Of a DNA stretch of 38,537 nucleotides, positions 13,125 through 23,671 are shown in pieces. Source of the DNA: Basidiobolus meristosporus CBS 931.73 (taxonomy: Eukaryota > Fungi > Basidiobolomycota); assembly GCA_002104905.1 (NCBI GenBank), contig MCFE01000762.1, forward strand, positions 1 to 38,537, in the 5' to 3' direction. Under the pieces are notes generated by a model. That model did not search any database. It was not told the DNA's origin and saw only the letters and a list, made by a program, of their open reading frames with translations. The position numbers were made by a program, and so were the translations under genes. Within the stretch, counting starts at the first letter, position 1. Each line of letters begins with the position of its first letter.

Positions 13125-14114
13125 ATGCGGAAAGTAGGAATAATTATCGTTAATATTTTGATTGTCGTCAGCGCAAGCGAGCTACACATAGAGAAGCTGG
13201 CCAGTGAGTATCGGTTGCATACGCACTGGCAGCCAAATATCCAGAGCGGTTCCTTTGAAGATAATGAGAAAGAGTGGCATCACACGAACGCTCTTAGGAG
13301 CTCGTTACAGAACCTCAATGCCATTACAGATCCATTAGATAAAGGGAATCCCGGACAAGTCCTTTCCGTTTTCTACCCAGCTGGTTCTTACTCGCCCAAA
13401 AAATCCCTCCAAGTTGGTGGGGTGCATTTCTGGTCGGAGCCCTTTGGAAAGGGCCAATTCGATCGAGCCCTACTCAGTTATGAGGTCGGATTTCCAGCAA
13501 ACTTTTCTTTCGTCAAGGGAGGCAAGCTTCCAGGCCTCTACGGAGGTGAGCCTGGTACTGGCTGCTCTGGAGGTTCGCAATCGGACGGTAAAATGTGCTT
13601 TAGTTTGCGCTTAATGTGGAGAGAGTTGGGTGTAGGTGAGGTGTACACATATCTGCCACTCTCGAATCGGGATAAGCTGTGCACCCATCCGATGATAACC
13701 TGCAATGATGCTTATGGGCAGAGTATCGGAAGAGGATTTGATTTTAACAAAGGCGCTTGGAATCGTGTTGCGCTCTATGTTCAAGTGAACACTGTTGGGA
13801 AAGAAGACGGAGTCATCCAACTATATCTCAACGATTCCCTCTGGTTAGATATCAGGGAAATTCCTTTGAGAAAAGAGAAGGGGATTGGAATCTCTAGTAT
13901 CATGTTCTCGACCTTTTTCGGTGGGAATACCCCCGAGTATGCTACTTTGACGGACACCTATACGTACTACAGAAACATCAAACTCAGTGTTGGGGATCCG
14001 ATCGCTCTATTTGATGCCAAAATATCAAATGCACCAAGCAACATTCCATCCGATCTTCAGCTTGGCATGTGCCTTTTATTGCTATTTATATCCCTTCCGT
14101 GGAATGCTTTCTAG
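13125..14114 (+). CDS. Polysaccharide lyase family 14 (alginate/glucuronan lyase-like), secreted, with hydrophobic C-terminal tail (329 aa)
   Basis: Signal peptide; PL14 motifs VFYPAGSYSP, FSFVKGGKLPGLYGG, FSLRLMWR, YGQSIGRG and IMFSTFFGG; C-terminus LGMCLLLLFISLPWNAF. Confidence 0.88.
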   Translation: MRKVGIIIVNILIVVSASELHIEKLASEYRLHTHWQPNIQSGSFEDNEKEWHHTNALRSSLQNLNAITDPLDKGNPGQVLSVFYPAGSYSPKKSLQVGGVHFWSEPFGKGQFDRALLSYEVGFPANFSFVKGGKLPGLYGGEPGTGCSGGSQSDGKMCFSLRLMWRELGVGEVYTYLPLSNRDKLCTHPMITCNDAYGQSIGRGFDFNKGAWNRVALYVQVNTVGKEDGVIQLYLNDSLWLDIREIPLRKEKGIGISSIMFSTFFGGNTPEYATLTDTYTYYRNIKLSVGDPIALFDAKISNAPSNIPSDLQLGMCLLLLFISLPWNAF

Positions 14115-15649
14115 TTTTCCTGAAGGAGTCGATTCCTAAACTGTGGCCCTCGTATCACGGCCCAACGAGCGTATTGGCTTCCAAGTTTATACTTCGCCGT
14201 ATCCCAATCTAGTAGCAAAGGCAGGCAAACCTGCTCTGATTTCCTTCGAATCTATAGTTATCGATACTCTGTATCCCTCTAGCACGTATGTGATCAGATT
14301 CTTGTACAATGGCCGGTATCCAACGCTCTGTTCTAGGCAGAGTATCAGATATATCAGATTTGACATGCAACTAAATAAATGACCGACATTCTCTGTAGCA
14401 GCAACTCGAAACAGGAGGGTCGCACGAGTGAAACCCAGCAGATCGTATTTCAAACGGAACACCTCGTAGTAGGCATAGATAAACGGTTCCAAGCCTGGAA
14501 ATGTCATCAGTGCATCTAGCAGATAGGGCTAATGCCAATACTACAAGTGATTTGCTAGTAATGTCGCTTTCTGGTGAGGCTGAGCTCGAAGTACGCATCA
14601 ATGAGTATGAGATTGTGTCGGCCAGTTAGAGACCATGACGCTATAGAGTAGGCATTGTGTATACTTACCTGTAGCTCTCGAGGTCGCCTATATATGGCTT
14701 GCGACACTCAATCTCAAGGGCTGGGAAGCGTGGCTTGCATTGCCTCGGGGCATGATGCGAGCAAACAGCCACACCACAAGAGTGGTGTCATCTGACGTTA
14801 TGAATACGAGCTGAGTTTTCAGGGAATTGGCCTTGGAGGCTGTAGTTGTCCCAGCCATTCAGCACATTATGGGAAATAGCCATGATTGGAGTACGTGAAA
14901 GCACATGACGGGACAAATCCATGGATATCCGATTTGTAAAGGCCTAGCTGTAGTCTCGAGTGCCTATGCTCGGTTTCATCTGGTACGCCTTACTACTATA
15001 ACCTCAGGTCAACATTCTCCACCAGCCTTGATGAGCTGAGGCGATGTGGTGTACTGTTAGAATCTTTTGTCTCATAGCCAATGATCGATGCACTATTATG
15101 TAAGGCTGATGATTTAATGTCGAATCATAAGATGCTGTAACTGTTACTTGTGATCTATCCACCAGGGCCAGTGGATAGACCATAAATATCACTGCCATAC
15201 AGTTAAACATCTAATTGCTCACTCAAAACCTCTGCGAAATTTGTGATCTCACTCTATCCAAGCCTTTAAAAGGAGCACATCATCAGCTTAGTTTCGGTTC
15301 ATTTCGTTAGTTTCGTTTAATTTTCCTGAGGTAACCAGTTACACCCTAACCAGTGAACTACATATAGCTACATCTCTAAAGCCAAAGATAACCTAATTGG
15401 TGAGCAATACTATCACGCAAGTTGAGAGTCACCACTAACAGAAACACAGGTGTGTATGTGTGCACGCATCGCTAGCAACTCTTAGCTCAATGTCCTTGAA
15501 TAATCGCAAACCTGCACATCATTCCATCACTTTGATGTCTCTATCTCTGTTGTCCCCAACGCTCGATCGATCAAATTTCACTTACTCTCGTTATCATTTA
15601 GAATCCCATCGAGCTCTCTGGCCTTCGATATTAAAAATAACACCAATCC

Positions 15650-16669
15650 ATGGCCCGTCGAAACAGTATTCACACTACTGGACCCCTAACGGAGTCCCAC
15701 AGTCAGAAACAAGGCTCCAGCATAAACTCTAACCTCGACTTCTATACACAAAAAAGAGCATCTGCCAGTGGATGCCACGAGCCACAAGAACCAAAATATG
15801 TTCATATGAATCGTGCTGATGATAGATACCTCTCCACGCCAAATCCTAGTTTCCGGGGCTGGACCAGACCTAAATGGATATTGATCCTTGGGTATACAGT
15901 AGTAAGTAATCCATAGTATCCCTCAGCTCTGATGTCCGAGATACCTTAATTAATCCATCTACCAGATCTTTGTGTTCGCTGTTACTGCACTTGTAGCCTC
16001 GATGATGACATGGTTTAGGGCGTATCTACGCGCGGAAGTGTTCGTGACCGGAAACAAAACCATACTCGTTATCACCACTGTGACGAGTATTATGACCGTA
16101 GTAAACTGCCTGATGGCGTTCTGCGGAATCCTTATGAACAACCGAAAGCTTCTTACTGTGTGCGCGTTCATACTCTGGCCTCTCTTTGCCATGACCGCCT
16201 CTGTGGGATATTTGGGGTACAAACGCCTGTTATGGAATTTACGTGCTAAGTTAGGAAGCCAGTGGAGATCCTTCAGCTACAACGAAAGGCTAACCATCCA
16301 GAACAATGTAAGCAGTCCATCTAGTTCAAGGTTACTAACGTACAGGCTGAGCAACTAAACATGAAACCTCTAGCTACATTGTTGTGGGTTCCAAGGACCC
16401 CTCGATCACCCAGCCGTCTCCAACAAATGCTATATGCGAAGTCTACTGCCGGGCTGCCTCGGAAAATACTATCGGTTCAACTCCCAATCCTTAAACATTG
16501 CCTACGTCGTATCGTTTAGTCTGCTGCTCCCACACCTGCTTCTTATCTTTGCAGCAGTGCTGTTTTCTAACCATATCGATGACAAATGGAATCGTGACCC
16601 CCCACCAGCCTGTAAGTAATCGTATCACTCCCTCTCCACTTAATATATTTTTCCCAAGACCAATCATAA
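15650..16669 (+). CDS. Fungal tetraspanin, Tsp2-like (about 280 aa)
   Basis: Exons 15650-15901, 15966-16307, 16374-16611 and probably 16659-16669. Four hydrophobic segments and a large loop IQNNLHCCGF...CYMRSLLPGC with the CCG motif. If the last intron is retained the stop is at 16619. Confidence 0.82.
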
Positions 16670-16933
16670 AACTATGCCCCTACGATACTTGACAAATTCG
16701 GCATCTCTTAATTATTCTTGCTGATCCAAATCCCAAGCTCATGCTCTGCACATTGCCGTATTTGAATATTAATCATTGCCGAGTGATCAGCTCGTATCCA
16801 ATTAACGTGTGCTTGAGTTCTTGGCAAAACTGATTTCGGTTTAGACAGGGAAACGATCACTGAAGCAACATATAAATGACGTAGCCGTAGCCACCTAAAA
16901 TTAAAAGTCATTTTCAAGATCATGGTTGCGAAC

Positions 16934-17741
16934 ATGGTAGGCGAGCGATTCTTCAGGGCTTGATAGGCATCTTTCTAACATCACCTAGTCTACTGCGAAT
17001 CTTCCACCCTACAACGAGTTCGATGAGGCTCCCGCGTACGCTGAAGCGAATCAAGACAGCGACGATGACAGCGATTCCGAGATATTAACTGGGGACGCGC
17101 AACTAGATCGAAAGTTTTCCGATTCCAAGAATGGCACGATCTATACTATCAATCGAACAAGTCTGCTTACAAACAGGTTCGAGATCTCCTATGCAGAAAA
17201 CAACGAGAAAATGTATATCTGCCAGCCCCGAAAAACGTTCGCCTTGGGTGGGATGATACTACTTGATGCTTCCGACGAGCGACCTCTTTGCCAAACCAAA
17301 CGTGAGGGTATATTCGCTTTGTCTTTCGACTTGAACTATCTAGGAAAGTCTGCATTCAATCACCCCGAAAATATCCTGGTGAAGCGCAGCCACACGGTCC
17401 GAGGGTGTTATGTTTTCGAATGGGAGGGAAAGATTAGGCTAACTTGGAGACACAAAAGCTTTTTCGAGCTACGCTGCCGTTTACAAAAAATCCCCCCGGA
17501 GGCTTCCACCTCTACGGGTACCAACAATGTAGCCTCCTCTTCGACAGCGACGAAGAAGCAGGATCCAAGTGAAAGGGCTTATGTGGCGTTCTTCAAGCAT
17601 CATGCTTTGGGTCCCGCACAGCTTCGCATTGTTGAATCTATGTTCGATGGTTTGGTGAATGATAAGCAAAGTTTGTACCACACGCTTATTCTGACCGCCA
17701 TATATATCCGGGTCTTGTTACAAACCAAGCACGCTAGCTAA
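16934..17741 (+). CDS. Hypothetical protein (251 aa), ATG-only first exon
   Basis: ATG at 16934-16936, then intron GTAGGC...TTCTAAC...CCTAG (16937-16988), then a 753-nt open exon 16989-17741 in frame with the listed 17211-17741 ORF. Acidic N-terminus followed by a beta-rich-looking domain; family not recognised. Confidence 0.7.
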
Positions 17742-17968
17742 ACCCCTTGTTCAACATGGTTGCTGTCAGCAAGTTTGGATTGAACCAGCGAAGCAATGGT
17801 GCTGATATGTTGGTGAAATTCGGTCATGAAATTAATCGTCCCCTCCAGATTTAATCAACCAGATTCATATATGTATTATACGAAGTATTAAGTAAATTTT
17901 CAAATTGGGGATTACATTAGTATGTTTATTCAAAAACCTCATTACTACGAACTACCTTGAGCCGAAAT

Positions 17969-19450
17969 TTAAATGCTGGGTAGAGAACAACCATCGGATC
18001 CTTGGTTGATGGGAGCGACGGCTCTTTTGGCGACTATCTTGGGTCCTCCGCGAGCTGCGGCGACACTGGAGACATCTTGGGAGTAGGTAGCCACTGCGTG
18101 GGCGATACCACGAGAGTTAATCAAAAATGCCTTGTGGGCGAGGTTGGCAGTGGTGTCACAGGCTTGATGGTAGCATTTATCGTATGGCTCGCCAGCTTTA
18201 CCGCCGAACTTCTTGGCTTGTTCCTCAGTCTTAAGCTTCTCGGCACCAGTATCGAGTCCACCAGATGGGATCCCGACGGCAGCAAATGGACCAACGTCAG
18301 ATCGGCTGTATGGGAAAACACTGCTCTCGTACTCGATCTTCTTGGCCTTGAAGTGGTCTTCGAACAACTTGGTGACGACACTGGACCCGGCTGGAACTGG
18401 CTGACCACTTTCGTCACCGTTGTACACGCGGATCACGTAGTTGGGCGAGGCAATCATATCAAAGTTCAGAATAACCGCAATATCATTGATCTCGTTCTTC
18501 TGCAGCTTGCTGACATAGTATTCGGATCCAACCAAACCAAACTCCTCAGCAGACCACCAGGCGAAACGGACCTTGTTCTTAGGCTTGACATTTCTGAATT
18601 GATAGGCCAGCTCGAGAAGAGCAGCACTGCCAGAGCCGTTATCATTGATACCTGGACCGGCTCTAACTGAGTCGGAGTGGGCGCCTAACATGATGACCTT
18701 GGAAGAGTCGCCGCCCTTGGTTTCAGCGATGATGTTGTATGTTGTGCGGTTCTCCCGGAATTCATCCAGGTTGAGGCTAGCCTTGACTTCACCTTTCTTC
18801 AGTAATTCGATCAACGCGCTCCCGGATTCCTGGCTGATACCCCCGGTAGGGAACTGTGAAGTACCTTCTGCACCAAGTGTTCCCTTGAAATCACCAGGGG
18901 CGTTGTTGTAAACAAGAATAGCACTAGCACCAAGCTTTCCAGCATTGATGGATTTCGCATTGAAGGGACAGCTGCCACGCTCTACGAGAGCAATCTTACC
19001 CTTAAGGTCGAGTCCAGCGAAATCGCCATCTTCACAACCAGCAGACCCCTTGGCACCAGCCACATCGGGCACAAGTACCAATGGAGCAGTGATCCCACCT
19101 TTAGGAGTCGAGGCGGTTAATGTCATGGTCTGAACGATGTATTCCTTTTCATTGACAATCAACTTTTGGGCCAAAGTCTCGGAGTAAGGGGCGGTGAATT
19201 CCTGAAGGGCCACATCGTAGCCGGCCTTCTTTACAATTCCATGGATGTAGTCAACGGTGAGTTGATGACCCTTGCTTCCGAACACTCGGGTGTGGTTATG
19301 GAGGTTGGCGAATTTCTGGAACGCATTTGTATGTCTGAGAACACCGTTAAGAGTGATCTTGCGTTGCAGCCACTCCGAGTCGCATGCTTCGGTGTTGAAA
19401 GCTGAGAGTGCGGCAGTGGCTAGAGCAACGAATACAAGAGAGGTCTTCAT
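17969..19450 (-). CDS. Secreted M28-family aminopeptidase with PA domain (aminopeptidase Y/LAP2-like), 493 aa
   Basis: Signal peptide; PA domain (GKIALVERGSCPF...AILVYNN); zinc and catalytic motifs LGAHSDSV, GINDNGSG, WWSAEEFGLVGS, LNFDMI and YHQACD. Intronless. Confidence 0.95.
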   Translation of the reverse strand: MKTSLVFVALATAALSAFNTEACDSEWLQRKITLNGVLRHTNAFQKFANLHNHTRVFGSKGHQLTVDYIHGIVKKAGYDVALQEFTAPYSETLAQKLIVNEKEYIVQTMTLTASTPKGGITAPLVLVPDVAGAKGSAGCEDGDFAGLDLKGKIALVERGSCPFNAKSINAGKLGASAILVYNNAPGDFKGTLGAEGTSQFPTGGISQESGSALIELLKKGEVKASLNLDEFRENRTTYNIIAETKGGDSSKVIMLGAHSDSVRAGPGINDNGSGSAALLELAYQFRNVKPKNKVRFAWWSAEEFGLVGSEYYVSKLQKNEINDIAVILNFDMIASPNYVIRVYNGDESGQPVPAGSSVVTKLFEDHFKAKKIEYESSVFPYSRSDVGPFAAVGIPSGGLDTGAEKLKTEEQAKKFGGKAGEPYDKCYHQACDTTANLAHKAFLINSRGIAHAVATYSQDVSSVAAARGGPKIVAKRAVAPINQGSDGCSLPSI

Positions 19451-19507
19451 AAATAACGCGGGTATGGGAACAAGCTGAGATATCGATGAGCATCCGGAGA
19501 CTGCGGG

Positions 19508-19515
19508 TATTTATA
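19508..19515 (-). promoter_or_regulatory. TATA box (TATAAATA) of the M28 peptidase gene
   Basis: Consensus TATAAATA on the minus strand about 58 nt upstream of ATG 19450. Confidence 0.55.
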
Positions 19516-20464
19516 AGTGCCCCGATGATGAGGATAGCGCTTGCCCGTATGACGACAGTAAGAAAGTTGACCATGTACTCTTTGACCGAACTTCCCTATT
19601 GGTTTCGGACTTCTGGAGATGCAACACCAAATGAATGGGAAGATCCTACCAACGAGATACTCACCGAAAAGCATATATGGTTAATCCATTCTGCTATCTT
19701 TGTGTTCACATGACGGATTTCGTTCGCACAGTACTTATTTCGTAGCATAGGTCCCAAGATATGTAAGTCTATTGGTGAGTGGAGGGGCGATAGGTCGAAG
19801 TAGGTTACTTATAAATATCCAGCAGGATATTGCTTACTTGCGTGGGATGATTGGCTCGACAATGAACCTGCACTGGTCATTCGCGCCATCTTAAGCTTAA
19901 GTATAGGTGTGAATATACGTTAATCTGGAATAAGCGTAGGAGAATCTGGCGATTGGGACGACCCGTATGGTTGGATAAAGCGTGTATGAGTCGGAATATT
20001 CCCATTCACTTTACATCTCTGGAGAGTTTGTGCATGTGAGAATGGTTTTGCCCGGTGATATGGTTGGGTGTGGATTGCCTATTCTGGTCTGAGTTACTGG
20101 TTAGCAGCTCCCATGGTTTATTGGCCTCATGGCCACCCGTTTACCTTCTTATTTGTTTCCATATTACCATCCACTTTAAAGAATCCATGGAGGGGGTGGC
20201 TGGCTATCATATTCCGCATTAGAGGATACCAACTCACCAATCAACTGGGACCTGCGTGTTGATGCATGTAACTCATGAGCTTGTGCAACTGAATATGAAC
20301 ACAACAAAATCTAACCGGTATTGTTGAAAGGTCTTTATTTGTAGGCTTTGCTAATCTAATGATTAGTAGGCCAGATTGTGGATAATCTAGAACAAATATA
20401 TTACAGATCGTGCTAAAACTATACTAATGTATACGGAATGCTTAAGAACTCAAGGAAGAATGTG

Positions 20465-23400
20465 TTAAATCTCGAAAACACATTTCCATCCAACTATGGT
20501 ATCCTCAGCTTGTATCAATTGCCAGGTTGGCCAGTAGTGCTCATCCGTCTTTAGGCTGAGTACACGGACCGTCTCTCCCGCCCTGCTGATCGTTTTGAGC
20601 CGAATGTACTCTTCGTCGTCCTTTCCATCCGACCTCTCCTTCAACAGCTTTACCGCCTCGGTAAAAGAGGCGAGATCATGAATAGGAATATCGTTGATCT
20701 CTGAAATCCAAACGCCGGGCTTTAGACTGTATGTATTAGCTGGTGAACCATATAGTGTACACGATACGTACACCCCTCGAGGGATGCTTTTAACTTGTTC
20801 CAAAACGGCTCTGTAGGGCTCTTGTACGAGTGCTCCGGCCCATCCAATGATACGCGTGGTCCCCAAGCCATCAAGAGGAACTGTGGGTACCGTTACACTC
20901 AATTCCTTTCCATCGCGGAGGATTTTCTAACGGAAAGAGGGGTAAATAATGAATTCGTCTGGTGGGATCATTAACAGCCTTACTTACCATATCAACTTCA
21001 GCTTTGGTGTTGAACTTGCTCAAGTCGTTCATGGTTACAATTTCTCCGTTCATCTCAAGAATCACATCACCGACGTTCAGCACCTTGGAGACGGGGGAGT
21101 TGGAGCAAAGCAAACTGAGAACATAAAGTAGGGTGTGCTGCTTTGTTCCTGAGGATTCGATCCGTTGAACCCACTCATCGGTCAAACCCAAGGTTCGTGC
21201 AGCGGCTATACGCAGAGTCCAAAACTCCACATCAAATGCTCTCAATTTTGGGGTTTCTCCACTTACAAGGGGCTCTATGACGGGTTGAAGGTGATCTACG
21301 GAGAGGCCGGCCATAAAGGATATATCTTTCTGCTTATCATTCTGGCTGGAGTAATTGATCCAGAGTGCCAGAACCTGCCCCTCTGCATTACACAACACTC
21401 CACCTTGACATGCAACAGGATCATCCAGCTTGATGCACTCTACGTTCATAGCTCTCCATCTAGGTGGCGAGCACTCTCGGGTGGAGACGTTCCCTATGCT
21501 CGTTACGTATGTGCGTCGAACAAGAGGGTTATGATCTGCACTAACTGCCACCATATGCACCTCATCGCCTTGAGAGAGCGGGTGGTCGTAAAGAATTTCT
21601 GCTGATTTCACTGGAGTATCCCCAAGCAACTCTGGATCGTACTTCAAAATTGCGAAATTGAAGAATGGATGAAGGTAGATGAGACGGCCAGGAATGATGA
21701 TCGAGTTTGCAAAAGTCAGAAATATATCGCCAATAGAGATGGGGACGGTGTCTCTATCACAGATGATCAGGCCACGCTCCACGTTCAATATCAACCCGAT
21801 GCCGTAGAACTGCGTGTCCTTCATACCGTCCACCAAATAGGGAATATGGAAATCGATGGCGACAAAGGACGGGAGCAACTTGCCAGCCAACCTCATGTTT
21901 CCATCTAGAGTAGGGAATGACGCGGTCGCGGGGGAATAAGAGTGGATTGTGGGCGGCGGCGGCATATCCGTGTACCGCCAAAGCCCAGTTTGATCGTCTC
22001 TTTCGGCCATTCGAAAGTTGTGCCAATGCCGGTCCACGTGCATGATCATCAGACGCTCCTTGTACACTTTTGAGAGAGAGTAGTACCTGATGGGGACGCG
22101 TGCACCATCCGGAAGCGTCTTGATGGCTTCAATGAAGGCATCCAGATTCGGAGTGGGGATGTGATTTACACTCAAGATAATACTTTTACGCCATGCGCTT
22201 GCACTAGCCAGCATGTGCCCACTGGTTGCTACATAAACTCCACCTACAGGCTGGCTGAAACTCTTAGCCAACTGATACGAGAGTTCATTGACTATCCCGC
22301 CTCCAATCTCGACAAACCTATTGGGGGTGATTGAATGAAGGTCTTGAACTTCAAGGGTGACATTCATCACCTTAGAGCCCCTGCTGATGGTGAGCTCAAT
22401 ATTCATTCCCACCGACTCATCGACCACAGCGAAAAGATCCACGAAGTTGGTGAGATAGTGGCCGTTTAGACGCAAGACAATATCCCCTGGCGTTAAGATT
22501 TTGTCCGCCGGGCCTTTTGGCAGGACCTGGCGGACCACCAGAAGGCCAGTTTCGTCTGGGAATGCCTCTCGGATCTCTCTTTCTAGTTGGGCTTCGAGCC
22601 CCAGTCTACGAATATCATCGTACGGGAGATGCTCAAATTCGGTTTGGAACGTGCCACGGGGAACCCGCTTGCCCTCTTGAATGTATTTCAGTGCAGCAAC
22701 GATCCGGTACAATGGCAAGTAATAGCTTGACGATGCCCTGGAGGCCCCTCCCGCATTCAAGGCAATGGCATGGCCCTCAATATCTAGCACGGGACTACCT
22801 GAGGAGCCGCCGCTGGTTCCAGAAGCTGCTTGCAGGTAGAAGGTGTTGAAATCGTTATATTCGCCTATCCCATAATCAGGAGCTCTTCGATCAAGTCGAG
22901 CCAAAGTTCCGGCCAAAATCGATAACTTTTCCCCCGCATCGTTGCCGACCACACGAACATCTAGCCCAACCTTGGCCCTCTCAGGAGTAAGGGGGATTTC
23001 AACCAGATCCATAAACTTTATCGCTGAGGGATCAAATTTGAAAAAGCCAAAGTCGTGGACTGGATCACGGTATATTGGCTGAAGGGTCACCTCCTCATAA
23101 TTCGTGAAAACGGCCTGCGCGACAATAGGGGCGGGGCTGACGACATGTCTGTTAGAAAGAATGATACCACGCTCAGCATCCACCACGAATCCCGTAGCAG
23201 TATAAGAGCCTAGAGAGAGGAAAAGACTGAGATCAGCAAGGGCCGTGGGGACTCTTGTCCTAGTAGCTTACCTGAGGTTTCTGTGTCAAAGCTTCGAACG
23301 TGGTTAGCCCTAATGGAAACAATGGCCTTGATCGCATGCTCCAACGTGGGCTCCCAACTGGGAGCTTTCTCTAAGGGATAGCTCTGATGTTGAGGAGGAT

Positions 23401-23578
23401 GAAATCGATATTCGTGGCTCATTTCATTGATGGCAGGCAATTTCAAAGCGGAGGTTAAGGCGTAGGTTAGGTGGGAAACAGACTGTGCCCTTCGACGGCG
23501 TGCCACCGCGAACGGCGGGCAGTCCATCTCGCGAGAGACAGCTATATTTGCTGAGCGGTTGTCCGTCTGAAGATTCAT
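20465..23578 (-). CDS. NMA111: Pro-apoptotic nuclear HtrA-like serine protease Nma111/Ynm3
   Basis: Exons 23578 (or 23422)-23272, 23209-20988 and 20926-20465. Triad motifs SNRHVV, PVHDFGFF and GGSSGSPV, PDZ-like regions and a second degenerate protease module. Length is 996 aa from ATG 23578 or 944 aa from ATG 23422. Confidence 0.95.
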
Positions 23579-23663
23579 TTTCGCAGTCTGATGAACGAAG
23601 CCTGTAGTTCATTTAAAAGCTTTGAATGAAAAGGGGCTCATGCCAGAAAAATCATCTCCACAC

Positions 23664-23671
23664 TCACGTGA
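23664..23671. promoter_or_regulatory. Palindromic E-box TCACGTGA upstream of NMA111
   Basis: Perfect TCACGTGA about 50-90 nt upstream of the upstream ATGs of NMA111; known consensus of Cbf1/USF-type bHLH factors. Function here is untested. Confidence 0.4.

Noticed and set aside
14187-14601. Two minus-strand ORFs of 106 and 76 aa downstream of PL14
   Set aside because: Non-ATG starts, no recognisable motif, and no convincing splice sites joining them.
18002-18670. 222-aa plus-strand ORF
   Set aside because: Antisense to the M28 peptidase; typical of codon-biased genes.
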